Origin: Octopus vulgaris
Lineage: Eukaryota
Reading direction: 5' to 3'
Assembly: GCA_951406725.2 (NCBI GenBank)
Contig: OX597822.1
Coordinates: 72,602,001 to 72,666,000, forward strand
Length of the DNA stretch: 64,000 bases
Numbering within the stretch: position 1 is the first letter of the stretch; each line of letters begins with the position of its first letter. This document shows, in pieces, positions 25,065 through 39,139 of the stretch. Both the position numbers and the translations under genes were made by a program. Under the pieces are notes generated by a model, which saw nothing but the letters and a program-made list of their open reading frames with translations, did no database searches and was not told the origin of the DNA.

Positions 25065-25905
25065 TGTGTGTGTGTGTATACATACATATATATATATATA
25101 TATATATTAGTGTATATACTCAAGAACGCAGAACCATAGCATCCGTATTCACACACACACACACACACACACATGTATAAAAATATTAGTGTGTACATAA
25201 TTACACCTGTAAGTGAACGAGACTTTTTATAGAACGAGATCATTTTTTATAGAAAGGAATATCTCTTAAAATACCTACAGATATTATGACCAGATTTGTA
25301 GTGATCACTCTGGATATATACAACTGACCATGCATACCCATTCTATGTGTCCCACTTTTCTTTCTATGTTTACTTTCCCCGCGTTGAATTATTTCTTTCA
25401 TCTTGCTTTCTCAACATTATTTATAGTAAACTATGCATGAAGAGTATTTTCGCGTTCAATAGCTCTAATACGCTTGTAGTAACTACTTTGCTTTTGACGA
25501 TAATGTGGTGCAATATAAGATTTAGAATATGTGTGTGCATGTGTACATGGCTCCAAATTATACAAGAAACAGAAGACCACATACACTTGCTAGCTTCCGG
25601 TATACGGAGCTTTTAACTGGTAGCACTTGCATGTGCAAGTTGTTTGCAAGACATCTAACACTTTGTGGTAGGTAACCACTGACAAACCGGAAAGACGGTT
25701 AGGCATCTTGGAAAGACAAGAGGACTGCTCGGAAAGACCAGCGGATAATAAGAAAGACTATCGACACCAGGAAAGACTGGCGGAGGCTGCGGACTTACAA
25801 TCCTCGCCTCTGTAATATATTGTAACGGAAATAACTGGAAATGACAGCCCCACGATTGACCGAGAGGGCGGAGTCGAGAATCAATCAAACCCAGTCAGCA
25901 CGGGA

Positions 25906-26480
25906 ATGACCTTGGAAACGAATATGATTATTCATTCGAACAGCGAACGAAATGCAAACAACTTTGGATGCAAGCTGTGTTATAGAACCTTTGCAACTGT
26001 GAGAGGCTTGAAGATACATCAGGGAAAGACTTGTGAGAAGAGGACAGAGCAGTGTGGACAGATCGTAAAACACGTGGCAAATCATCCCCGGACTCAAACC
26101 CCAGCGGATCGATAAATGCTACAGCAGAGACCTCTTCACGTGATGAAACTACAAGTCTTGACACTGGTGCATCGGATAATACTCAGAGGAAACCGAGGGT
26201 TTTGTGGCCTGCTGCTACTGAGAAAGTGAAATATAAAGAGTTTGAAAACAAGGTTTGTCGGGCTCTTTATAAAATGACAGGCTCTACAGTGGAGAAACTG
26301 GGTAAATTATCAAACTCAATATACGATATAGGACACAGCGTGAGACGACTGTTTTTATCGATAGGCTTAACTCATCTTAAAGTCAATACCACCATGACTG
26401 ATATCCAATCTACAGTGGAGAAGGCTAGCCACTGGATTTGGTTAAAAAGAGACGATGAGCGATGGCTAGAAGTATATTGA
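25906..26480 (+). pseudogene. Remnant ORF of HERO/R2-like element (frameshift near 26055, large internal deletion)
   Basis: ORFs 25906-26115 and 26052-26480. Confidence 0.65.
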
Positions 26481-26503
26481 GTTCTTCATAACCAGCAGCT
26501 GAT

Positions 26504-26615
26504 CTAGCAAGCGGGGCCTCATATCAGTGAGGGGGGCCGGTGCGCATTGATGCCGTCGAGAGGTAGGCCCCGAAACGGCGCGCATTCTCTCCTGATGACC
26601 CCATACACTTGCTAG
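26504..26615 (+). ncRNA. Candidate permuted hammerhead ribozyme, copy C (predicted cleavage after GUC 26555-26557)
   Basis: GTC 26555-57, GAAA 26572-75, CTGATGA 26592-98. Stem III tgccgt/acggcg, stem I gagag/ctctc, stem II ggggcc/ggcccc. Extra helices gtgcg/cgcat and gggg/cccc plus ctagcaag/cttgctag; hairpin cctca/tgagg. Confidence 0.75.
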
Positions 26616-26676
26616 CTTCCGGTATACGGAGCTTTTAACTGGTAGCACTTGTATGTGCAAGTTGTTTGCAAGACAT

Positions 26677-26706
<30 letters not shown>

Positions 26707-26728
<22 letters not shown>

Positions 26729-26876
26729 CGACGGGCTTCTTTCAGTTTCCGTCTGCCAAATCCACTCACAAGGCTTTGGTCGGCCCGGGGCTATAGTAGA
26801 AGACACTTGCCCAAGGTGCCACGGAGTGGGACTGAACCCGGAACCATGTGGTTGGTAAACAAGCTACTTACCACAC
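26707..26876 (-). mobile_element. SINE family 1, 5' half
   Basis: Matches the tRNA-like head region. Confidence 0.8.
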
Positions 26877-29492
26877 AATATATATACAATATATATATAT
26901 ATATACACACACACATATATATACATATATAAAATGAGAAGTGTCTATTTAGTTTAGTGAGTGTGTGTGTATGTGTGTGTGGATACGTCGTACACTAGCC
27001 GTAAGAGTTTGATGATGTAAGGGGTGAATTGTCCTGATAAATTATGATAGCAATAATCCTGCAGCCGCTGTATGTTGCTAATGACGAAGATGATAGGAAA
27101 GAGGAGCAACAGAAAGACAAAGGGTGCTGATAGAAATATTGAACTGCAATTATAATTTCTTTTCCGTTTGCTTTCCATACAAGCCTGACAGTGCTGCTTG
27201 AAGACAAAACAATATATAGATCTATTTCGGTTTTATTGTGCCTTAAGATAATATGCCAATTACATTTCTTTTCAAATTAAAATTCCAATCAGCAGAGAAA
27301 ATAACTGGTGAGATTAAATCATCAAGTAATTAGTTTTATTTATCTTCCACCTGAGTTATCTTCGTTTTAATTATTTAACAAATAAAAAACTTTGTCAGAT
27401 ATAAATTAATTATTTACTTTGGCTTAAAGTATTATGATGAAATTTTTATTTAAATGACAGTGCACGAGCCATTTCATAAAATGTGTCATGCTGAAAACAC
27501 TATTTTAACTAACATTAATTAATTAATAACTTAGAAATCTTGGATAGGGTGTTTCATTGAATTGATCACCAGAATGTTTGCTCAAAGCGTTAAGTTGCTA
27601 ACAATCTAATTCTATGAGTATGAATTTAGTTGGTTAAATTACTGAATTCTCGTCGTCGACACCAACGGAGAATCCACAAAAGATTCTTCATCTTTGTACC
27701 TAGTAGAAGAAATGAATAAAAAATCAAACTGTGAGTCATTTATGCCTCGTTAATATCAAGATTAGAATTTTGAAATCTAAACGCACAATAGTTTTTTTTA
27801 AGATTATGAAGAGAATTAAATATAGGCAGTGTCTGCCATGTTATGGTGCTAATTCGTAACTTGATACGGTGAGATTGGTGAGTTAATTACCTTATCTGGG
27901 ATACAGATCTATGATCTTAGGCACTATGCTGTTGTGGTCTTTATTCATTAATTGCTTTATAAAGCCAAGGTTTCATTTGCTAATGTCATTAACGGTATTG
28001 CCGATAACCTGAGGTCATACACGGAATACATTTTGTTTCTCCTCAGCCGGCCATTACCCCGTTATTTTTGTTACATTTATAACAAAACATAATGATTAAT
28101 TATTTCTATAGTCATGTAAAAATATGGAAAATACACAATAGAGGAAAACAAAATTCAAATAGTGATGTTTGATTAATCAATTAATTATTTGATATAATTG
28201 ACAGGCTTAGGAAAATAAAATTAAAACAAATAAGAATTAAAATCTCTATAAATCTTAAGCATTAAACGAAAATCTGTCTTTTTCTGAAAAAAGTTGTTGG
28301 TGAAGAGGAAAATAAATCTGTCTAAAATTTATTTTTGAATTTCTCTTTGAATTTCTGTAAATAGCTAATGTGATTTTATGGAACGTGAAAAGGAAAACGC
28401 ATCAGTCTGGGGCAGTATAACATGCTATGTGAACCAATAATTTCCTGTTGCGTCACTACACTAGGTTTGAGAGTTAGAAACATAGAAGTGAATGATGCAG
28501 AAGGAAGACAAGCAAATAAGAATACTTACAATAGACATGCTCACGCAGACACACCGCTGACGCAAAGCACGCATATATTCCTACACAAAAGAAACGAAAG
28601 ACGCTCGTAACGTTATCAGGAGCAGCATTACTGTCGTATTTCCTGTTATATTTGGATTTTGGAAATAAACGTAGCTATGCCTATATACATTGTGCTTTAT
28701 TTTGTTGCCACCGCATAGTGATCCAAGATTAATTTATTTGAGGCCTGATGATTTAAATGTGTTAAGAAAATTTGATAAAAACCGGAAAGAAAATGAAAAT
28801 ATGAACCTAATACTTTGGGATATTGCTGTATAACTTTCTAAAATATTTGGCTCATTATATAAAGGATTCTCAATGTAAATACAATCTCCATATTTAAGTA
28901 CTCTATAGATTAAGTACAACAGCGGGTAGTATGGTTACTCTGATTAAGGGTGTTCTCAACTACCTCGTATTTGATTGCCTTTAATGGAGTCCACTCCGAT
29001 TCAACTGTTTTCGACAAAGTTATCGGCTTCTAAAGAAATCGACCGATCGACTCATGATTTCCGGCTGTATCAACCATCACAAACCATGTATAATGGTTTC
29101 TTGGTATCTTAATTTTTCGAATATTCACGAGGAAACGGACACGGTATTTGTATTGAAACTGAGTTAGAAATACGACACTGGATATGGTGAAAGATGCCCT
29201 TTAATGGCACTCAACCCCATTAACGGGAACCATGTAAAAGTATAAACGTCCTTTATGTGTTTATTGGTGATATATTTTCATATTTTGGACAAATGTTATC
29301 ATGTGTTGTCCTGATTCGTTATATCTTTGCTGTGGCAATGTCAAGAAGGGATGATGGGAAAAAATATTTTTATTAAACTTAAATCTAACACAGGGTCACA
29401 TATATGCCATTTATTAAATAATATAAGTAATCAGTTAGACGGAACCACGACGAATCCCGTTGAAGACATACATACATACATACATACATACA

Positions 29493-29524
<32 letters not shown>

Positions 29525-29825
29525 AATAAAATGTACTGTTCCGTGATAGAAAATTCAGCCAAAAAGTACTCCATGAGGTGAGAGATAAATATCATTTATC
29601 TAAAAGGCACATTACAAGTATCTAAGCGCTACTAATTATTTCATATATTGAGAAATTGTCAAACATATTATTCACGTGCAAACCACATAACATAATGAAC
29701 TAAGAAAAACTGAATCAAAATTGAACCTTGTCTCAGTATAATCTATGCTATTGTAGGCACATGTCTCCTCAAAACACCTCCGCAATAACAACAATTATGT
29801 ATATGATGTTTTATATACATACACG

Positions 29826-30128
29826 TGGAGGCGTAAGGGCCTAGTGGTTAGGGCAGCGGATTCGCGTTCGTAGGATCGCGGTTTCGATTCCCAGACCGGG
29901 CGTTGTGAGTGTTTATTGAACGAAAACACCTAAAGCTCCCGGCAGGGGTTGGTGGCGATCCCTGCTGTACTCTTTCGCTGCAACTTTCTGTCACTCTTTC
30001 TACTGTTGGCCTGCTCGCTTAGCCAGCGAGGTGGCGTCATTTGAAGGTTAAAACAATGCGAAGCGCATTGTGACCAGCAATGTGTAGCTTCGTCTGATAG
30101 CCTGGTCGGTCACAGTGATCACGGTGAT
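29826..30128 (+). mobile_element. tRNA-derived SINE family 2
   Basis: tggaggcg..ggcctagtggttagg (A box)..gtttcgattccc (B box); tail also seen at 63906-64000 (-). Confidence 0.75.
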
Positions 30129-31840
30129 ATACATACACATATATTATTGCTGGAAATGTTTCATTTTCTAAATAATGTGTAACATTTAAATCATTTTCTC
30201 TGTGTTCCTATAGAGTTTATTTTTAAAACAACCGAATATAAATAACACACCATTTATTTCATTAGGTCAAATTTTAAAGCAACCAAAGTTAGCTGAGGCG
30301 AATGTCGTCTAAATTTATCTGAACATTACCATTTGAATAATTAATAATAAAATGAACAAGAACGTTTGTCGTTATTGCTTATTCCAGTTTACTAAAGACG
30401 TCTAGCGATCGGCCTTCCTTGTACTCACATGTTAGTTTCAAAATAGCCATCTAAAATCAATAGCAGGGCGAATAGATTAAAAATACTTTCGCAGGTCTGA
30501 TTGATCACTTATCCTCTTTGATGTAGAGTATGTGAAATCTGAATGACTGTTTCTTCCCAGTTTCTATCAATATACTCTTTTGTTCAGACTGGGCTGCTCT
30601 GCGATTAGTTTCAATGAAAGTTAGAAAGTGTGTTTGGTGTCTTTGTAATTAACCTTACTGACTGTTGGTTAACTTATGTTGGATTGAGAGTTGAATGACG
30701 TGTAATAAACTCTATGTTGAAAAGGAGAGATAGAAATATACAGCTATATTAGATGATTGATAAACTGACACAACGATAAATTGATAGAGACAGTGAATAA
30801 ATAGTGTAAATAGCTACACATGTGTGTTATCGTAGAAGTGCTCTGCTGTCCATAAACCATTACGTTTGTCAGAAAATATTTCAAAATTTGCTTTCATCTT
30901 GTGGTTCTAAGACTGATCAGTTTGAGGGAGCTAATTTATCTTTCAGTTATCTTCACAGAAGCTATACTTCACACTCCAAGCACTGGATAGAAGTGCACAG
31001 CTTATATTTAAAGTGCGTACTGTTATCAAATTTTACAACAGAAACTCGTTTTAACCCGCGAAATCCATTAGCAGAGTGGAACATTGGAATGTATATTCAT
31101 ACAGACCTACTTTTATATCTATCTGTATTTACAATGAATGGTTCTCGTCTTTTGTCCTTTAGATAAGTATCACTTTTAAAAAATCAGGCAGTATATTGGA
31201 GTCTACTGAAAATTACTCTGATTAAAGTCAGATTTCGATTCTCTTTTGACGGCAGATAAATATACTTGAGTTACTAACCAACAATATTGGATTTATGCTT
31301 TCGCAGTCAGATGATCTGTAGTGAATAGTAGGTATATTCCCTTTGAAATTAGAAGCTATATACTAAAGAATTCCTTAGAAAATGCAAGTCGTCATATACA
31401 AAAATATTGCTGCATTGTCACTGAGTTTAGCTGTGACTGATAAGTTTTACCATAGGCTAAATTACAACAGGTAAGTGACGCCATTGAGAATGACTACGTT
31501 ATGTAAGGTGACTTTCTTGTGCTACAAGTTTATGATTAACGTCACTTAATTCTCTCCGTGCCTTCATTTAGGCTTCTTAAATGCGCGACATAGATATAAA
31601 TTTCTTTAAGAATTACAGAGTCAACGGTAGATATAAAATCATAACCAAGACAATATTAGTCTATCCTTTGTCTTACTCATCGATCCATTTGAATGCAACC
31701 CAGCGGTTTTGAAGCGATTAATACTTGTTTTTTCTAATACACTGTCATAATATTATCGCGTGTGTAAATCTTCGGTTTCCCCAGACGCTTCATACTTGTG
31801 TATTCAATCTAATTTCATACTTTTATTTTGTATTTATCTC

Positions 31841-31915
<75 letters not shown>

Positions 31916-33059
31916 GAATGTTTACAGCAATGCTACGTAACCAGCTTTCAGTAGAGTAGAAAACAAGGGTAAAACAAACATCCACTTAATTACTTTTTTC
32001 CATTCATTTCAGATAGCAGCCCTCTATCTAAATAAAAGAGGTTAAAAACCCGCTTTCTCATAGTTATTGGTCAGGGAAAACATAGACACATCAATAAATT
32101 AATGATCATTTATAGTCATTTTCTGTCTGTTAAAGTACAATATCTTCCTTTTAACCCTTTTTCGTGATGTATTATGTATTTCATCAAAAGCTTGATGTAT
32201 AGATTATCGAAAGAATTTCTAGACGAACCATTCCATTATTTCTTATTGTTATCACACTATAATAGTCATAGTAAAACTTCAACTCTCATAAAGAGAATAA
32301 AGTCACCAACGAAACTCTATTACAAACAGGTATTGTTTTTTTTACTTATTTATCAAGATATGATTTTCACCATAGGCTTACTTTTGTAGAAGAAGACTGA
32401 AATTAACGCCAACAAAACAAAAAATGAATAACATCGAAAACAAAAAGACACACACACCATCAGCTATAACAAAAATAAAAGAGAAAACACAAACAAAAAA
32501 TTAAGTAAAGTATACTATGATAAACTGCGTGTTATGTCATAAAGTGTAATAACAGAAATTATAGAAGAAAGGTGTTGATTATCTCTGTACTTGTCGGTGA
32601 TCAAAGATTGTAGCTTGTAATTTTTGTTTTTTACTGATAGAATTCAGCTAAAAGAAAACAAGAATGGTTTAAACAACTTCACGTATCTAATGTTCATAAC
32701 AGAACAAAGGATGAGTTTTACGTTGAACGATTCTTATCACTTTTGTGTCTGTTCAGTAAATCTGTTTATCTATTCATAAAATCTCCACTATAAAGCGGTC
32801 AACCAACACCAACCTAGTCCAACCCTTGTACCTGCATCCACGCCCTCACCTTCTCAGCTCACAATAATACCTATGTTCTTCGTTAAATCTGATGGCTTTT
32901 GGAAGCCTCACCCTGACAAAAGTTTGACCTGTAATCATCAATCTGAAAATACACAGGTTAAACATCAATGGCCTCGACATCATCAACGTTGGAAACTGAG
33001 AAGGCTTGCAAATTTCACTTTTGTTCCATCTAAATAAGTAAATAACATTTATGTTTTAT

Positions 33060-33445
33060 CTTTTACTTGCTTCGGTCATCAGAGTGCAGCTACCCTGGGT
33101 CACCGTCTTGAAGAATTTTAGTCGAATGAACCGACAGCAGTACTTGCTATTTTCATTTATTTTATTATTTTAGAGCCTGGTACACATGCTTTCGTTTCTG
33201 CTGCTGAACCGCAGGATTACATGAGTAAACAATCAAACACATGTTTCCAGCCAGAGGCGGGAGACAAACACATACAGACACACACAAACACGCACACATG
33301 CATGCATACATACATAATAGATACATACATACGTACGTACATACATACGACGAGATTCTTTCAAATCAAGTTACCAAATCTACTCAGAAGGCTTTGGTCG
33401 GACCGAAAAAACACTTAGCTAAGTTGTCAACCAATGGGACTGAAC
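33060..33445 (-). mobile_element. Degenerate SINE family 1
   Basis: Patchy similarity to the family. Confidence 0.6.
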
Positions 33446-33625
33446 GGACACACACACACACACACGCATACGTATATGTGTGCATGTATGTATATAAATA
33501 CACACATACACAAATATATATATATATATATATAATATTATTAGAGACAAAACCACTATTTTGCAAAACAAACAAGGAAAGACTTAATCAATACATAAAA
33601 TTTTAATAAAAAGTCAAAAAAACCG

Positions 33626-33668
33626 CCACTACAATTGTTTCTTGTCCTGATCGACAATCTTCAGGTGG
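33626..33668 (-). ncRNA. Minimal type-I hammerhead ribozyme, inverted copy
   Basis: Reverse complement of 33846-33888. Confidence 0.8.
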
Positions 33669-33845
33669 ACTTCCAATCTAAAATATCAATATTTTAAAAT
33701 ATAAAAATAATAATTTTAAAATAATTAAAGTATTAATGAAAAAATATAAATATATATTATATATTTATATTTTTTCATTAATACTTTAATTATTTTAAAA
33801 TTATTATTTTTATATTTTAAAATATTGATATTTTAGATTGGAAGT

Positions 33846-33888
33846 CCACCTGAAGATTGTCGATCAGGACAAGAAACAATTGTAGTGG
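33846..33888 (+). ncRNA. Minimal type-I hammerhead ribozyme
   Basis: ccac-CTGAAGA-ttgtc gatcag gacaa-GAAAC AATT GTA-gtgg; palindromic ACAATTGT stem III. Confidence 0.82.
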
Positions 33889-34151
33889 CGGTTTTTTTGA
33901 CTTTTTATTAAAATTTTATGTATTGATTAAGTCTTTCCTTGTTTGTTTTGCAAAATAGTGGTTTTGTCTCTAATAATATTATATAATATTTTACTATAAA
34001 ATTGGATTTAATCCTAACTCTGATTTTTTCCCTGTAAATTTGGATTTATTCCCTAATATTTATTATTATTATATATATATATATATATATCCATCTACCT
34101 ACCTACCTACATACCTACCTACCTACCTACCTACCTACCTACCTACCTACA

Positions 34152-34197
<46 letters not shown>

Positions 34198-34371
34198 GGT
34201 GCAGGAAGGGCAGTGTGGTAAGTAGCTTGCTTACTGCTACCAAGTTGTCGCGTTGTTTTCGTCGCGGCGGAAGTCACGACCACAGGTAAAGCATCTGTTT
34301 TGGGGAGCTTAGTGGGGTCAGTTGTTTGTATTTAAATGTTTTATTCGAACAGGGGTCTCCACTGGGTTCCA

Positions 34372-34433
<62 letters not shown>

Positions 34434-35394
34434 TTCGTGACAAATTGAGTATATACAGATTGAGTGAACACTGCTTGAAAGTTGATGTAAATTTTTCTTC
34501 ACACTTACTTATTAATTTAATAGAAATTAATTTAATTCACCGATACGAAATGTAGCTGATTAATAACTTACAAATGGCAGTCCGGTAAACATTACGAAAT
34601 AAGATGAAATAAAAATATTGCACATGCATAGAGTTAAAAACGACAGCAAAGATGTTTTACTGACTTAAAGCCTGTATTTTTTATAGTAAAAAGAAACGAC
34701 GGATACGGCCTTTAATCTCAACTTTTGTGCAAATAAATGCTGGAGAATGTAAAAAGACTACGTGTAGAGTAAACTCTATTAAATTTTACAATGGTTATTG
34801 TCTTATATCAAGTTTCTTTGTAGTTTATACAAAATGCTGAATTGAATACAAATTTTCAAATCAAAATGTTTATTATCTTAAAATAAAATTTAATAAAGCA
34901 GATTCTTCATTTACATATGTATAATGAATATATTTTTTCAAAATTTTATCAATATATCTCAACCACCTCAATTGGAAACCTATCTTTGCAAAATTTTATT
35001 TTTTTTAAAATTGTGTTTTTCAGAAAGTTATCATTGCCCCCCCCCCCCCCACATACACTCTATACTTCGATAACCACCCAATCTTTATTTCTTATGTTAA
35101 ATCTCTTTGTATCTCTCATTTCTTCATTTTTCGCTGTTTCTGTACGATTTTAAAGTGTGACTGGAGAATCTGCCAACAAAACATCCAAAATATTTGCCGG
35201 CTATTATTATACAGAGATAGATTAACATGTGTAGATACTTGCCCACGCTTACACTCATACACAGATGTGTATATATATTCCTCTCTCACTCTGTGTGTGT
35301 ATGTACATATATATATGTATGTATAAATAAACAAATAAATAAATATATATATATATGCATACAATATATATATGTATTGTGTGTCTATATATTT

Positions 35395-35515
35395 GTGTGT
35401 CTGTGTTTGTCCCCACAACATCGCTTGACAACCGATGCTGGTGTGTTTACATGCCCGTAACTTAGCGGTTCAGCAAAGGAGACTGATAGTATAAGTACTA
35501 GGCTTACAAAGAATA
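35395..35515 (+). mobile_element. SINE family 1 fragment
   Basis: Matches the 3' half. Confidence 0.7.
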
Positions 35516-35536
35516 ATATATATATATAGATATATT

Positions 35537-35613
<77 letters not shown>

Positions 35614-36239
35614 TAGATAGATATATACATAGGTATATGTATGTATATACTGTGTATTGATCTACAAGAATTGTACGGAGAAGCGAAGAGGTTCAAAACA
35701 TCTTGAGACAAGCCCATGGTTTCATTGTTTTTGAATTTACCACTAAAATGGAAGAAAAGTTATGAGAAACTCAAACAATATATAATCCTCCTGATTTGCA
35801 TTTCACCGCAAGCAACATAGGGAGAAGATAGAACGTTAAATCTATCTATATGATATTCGAAACTGCTTTGTAGCTTTTTGCTACATTTTGGAGAATAAAC
35901 TTATTAATACTTTAAAAAAAAAGCTCATTGCATTCAATTTTCTCTTTTACCCAGGAGTTAATCAATGTAAAAAAAAAAGGAGAAAGAGATGAAAGAAGCA
36001 CAAATCAAAAATAAAACGTTATGCAACATGGCGTAACACTTATAGATTAGAATTAGTAAATTTGATGAGAGGAAAAATCAATAAAATATTTATTGAACAT
36101 ATTGATTTATTCTTTTGTATGTTTGTCGGCTGGAAAAGGAATAAAGAAAAAAAAGAGATTGAATGCATAGGCAGAAAATAACATATCAGGGTGTTAAGCA
36201 GACGAGCGCACGCACATTGACACACATGCACACACATAG

Positions 36240-36290
<51 letters not shown>

Positions 36291-36354
36291 ATATATTATA
36301 TATATATATATATAAATGTATATACATATATGTATTAATACATAGATATGTGAT

Positions 36355-36461
<107 letters not shown>

Positions 36462-36777
36462 CTATGTATTTATATATGTATATATATACATATATGTGTG
36501 AAATTATTAATAACTGTTATATATATATGATCAAGGAATTTAATTCTTTTCTCATCCAAGGCACTACGTGTATTTGACTATAAAGTTTCTGTGGCGGACT
36601 ATAACAAATGGTATCGATTGTCAGCTGTAACACCCATTGAAATACTTCAAAATATAGGTTTCAAATTTAAAGAAGAAAGCCTCAAAACACTTAGGCATAC
36701 AGTACACATATGGATATTTATTCAGAAACCTGTGTGCCTCTGCGTGCGTCGGAGTTGTGTGTGTTTGCGTGTGCATC

Positions 36778-36840
<63 letters not shown>

Positions 36841-37489
36841 AGAACGATATGTTAGTAATTGTATGCACATGTGTATGTGTTTACATATATATATAATTTT
36901 ATATATGTACTCACATATAACAATAAATATATTCTTGTAGCGCATGCGTGCATGAGAGTGTATGTGTGACAAAAGGTACATCATATATCCGCTATAAAGC
37001 CGTAAACATTTAATTTATAACGATTGCATCTCCTGTTCTTCCACATATCATTAACATATGCAGATCTCCCGTATCTTTCCAAGTTATTTGACATTTCTTA
37101 TTATTGTTATTATTATCATTTTTGTTATTATTATTATTACTATTATTATTATCATTGTTAGGATCATGATCATTTTCATCATCATCATCAACATTTTTAT
37201 CATTTTTATTGTTTTTTTTGTGTTTATTATTGTAACTGTTACACATTTAATTCTATAATTTAAAATACGTTCTACATATCTTCTGTCTTAAATGCTTAAT
37301 TATATGTGAATTTTCAACAGACATATAAATTAATCATATTATTTCCAAATACAAAACACTCTATACATCTTTGTGTGTCTGTTTGTTTTTATACATACAT
37401 ACACACACATACATACATATATATATATAAATACGAGTGAGTGCGTATATACATACATATGTATATATATAAATATATATATTAAATGT

Positions 37490-37650
37490 ATAGGATAACA
37501 ACAACCAGGTGTATTAATTTGACGCTCGGAAAAGTGAAAAATGGAGAAGTATTATACGTTTCGAGCCTATGGTCTTCAACAGAAAGGAATAAGATAAACA
37601 AATCAGAGAGAATGAAAAAAAACTTGTAGATTTAGCAGGTCAAGCAATAT
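37490..37650 (-). mobile_element. Penelope-like terminal fragment (same family as 8290-8485)
   Basis: Reverse complement reads ctttctgttgaagaccataggctcgaaacgta. Confidence 0.5.
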
Positions 37651-37664
37651 ATATATACAAACAC

Positions 37665-37840
37665 GCATAGCTTAGTGGTTAGGTTGCTGCAGCCACGATC
37701 GCGAGAACGTGATTTCAAACACTAGATGTGTGGTACGTTGTATTCTTGACAGGAACGCCTCATCTCACGTGGCTCTGCGTTCATTTCGACACCTGAGGCG
37801 TGGTATACCGTGCACCTGTTCATCAGGCAAAGTCGATCTG
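37665..37840 (+). mobile_element. Degenerate tRNA-derived SINE
   Basis: tagcttagtggttagg A-box-like head. Confidence 0.5.
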
Positions 37841-37875
37841 AGAGAGAGAGAGAGACGGAGGGAGAAAGAAAGAAC

Positions 37876-37907
<32 letters not shown>

Positions 37908-37935
37908 AAGCTAATATATATATACATATAATATA

Positions 37936-38784
37936 TACGATGGTAATCCCCAAAGTATGGTCTCCAAATCGCTGGGTACACAGTTTAAACTGTGCGTGCT
38001 GCTATTGGCCACACTGTTGTGTTTGTTGTGCATGCGCCTGTCCCGCCGCGCGCCTCACTGCCACACTAGTCTTGGCTTGGCAGACGTATTTGCTGGAGCT
38101 CCCGATTGACGCTACTGCCAAGTGTGAAGTTCGCGAAGTTATTCAGTTTTTGAACGCAAATGCATTAAAGCGATTGAAATTTATCGCCAGTTGATGGACG
38201 TGTATGGCGACGTGTCATGCATGGATGTCAAAAATGTCCGCAAGTGGTGTAGAGAGTTTGCAACTGATCGTATTGAAAGTCATGACGAGGAAAGAAGCAG
38301 GCGGCTATCAATCTATGGCGAGTCAGTCGTAAAGGTTGAGCAAATCTTGCGTGAAAATCGGTGGATCACTCCAAATGATCTCTGCATTTTAGTTCCTGAT
38401 GTTTCCCGAAGCACCATCCATAGGGTTTTGAGTGAAAAGTTGCAATATCGGAAGGTGTGCGCAAGATGGGTCCCACGAATGCTCAGAGAAGACCACAAAC
38501 GGCAACCCAGCTTATAGTCCGGACGTGGCACCCAATGACTACCAACTGTTCCCTAAGGTGAAAGAACATTTGGCCGCTTTCTCAACGATATGATGGTGGG
38601 CTGATATGACATTGGCATACAAAAACTGCCCCAGCGCCTAGAAAAATGCATCGACCAAAATGGCGATTATGTAGAAAAATAGATGAATGTTGAAACTTTA
38701 GAATGATGTAAACATCATTGACAATAAACGTTTCTGTCGTTTCTAAATATTTTTGGAGAGCTTACATTTGGGACTACTCTCCTA
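37936..38784 (+). mobile_element. Internally deleted mariner (Tc1/mariner) transposon
   Basis: Imperfect ~30-bp TIRs with TA ends. HTH region EVREVIQFL..VRKWCREF..RKVCARWVPRML jumps to the YSPDVAPNDY motif and KCIDQNGDYVEK*; most of the catalytic domain is missing. Confidence 0.88.
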
Positions 38785-39139
38785 TGTACATATCTGTGTG
38801 TGTGAATCTGTGTATATACACAGTATATATGAATCTAATTATGTAAGCATGTATGTGTATTGAACTGTTCGACTGAGCTCCTCATTACCCACTACTTCGC
38901 GGGCGGATTATATACTGCGATGTATTTTTGATATTCAATGTATATAAGGTCCAACCTATGTCTCCATGCATGATTTGGCATTCATATATCTTATCAGTTA
39001 TATGGCTGCCAAGAGAGGAACTGATTTAAACAACATAGAATGCTTCTTATCTATAAACCTAAAGAAACTATATATAGGGACACAGTTTTCCTACATGCGG
39101 ATATATATCATAAGTGTTTGTTTGTTCTTTCTCAAAACT

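Larger units (their letters stand above)
25580..26679 (+). mobile_element. Internally deleted HERO/R2-like (RLE) non-LTR element with 78-bp terminal direct repeats
   Basis: 25580-25657 equals 26602-26679 with 1 mismatch. N-terminal zinc finger CKLC-x12-H-x4-C and RKPRVLWP block are fused near 26333 to the C-terminal VEKASHWIWLKR motif typical of HERO-like proteins; RT and RLE are absent. Confidence 0.7.
33530..34070. mobile_element. Penelope-like fold-back: ~450-bp near-perfect palindrome (33530-33983) plus tail
   Basis: Arms of ~225 bp centred near 33756; one HHR per arm; TA flanks. Confidence 0.85.

Noticed and set aside
25685-25781. CRISPR-like repeat-spacer pattern
   Set aside because: Repeat is only 7-8 nt with ~13-nt self-complementary spacers, in a eukaryotic context with no cas genes.
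29826-29900. tRNA gene
   Set aside because: tRNA-like head continues into a SINE body; no proper acceptor stem or poly-T terminator.
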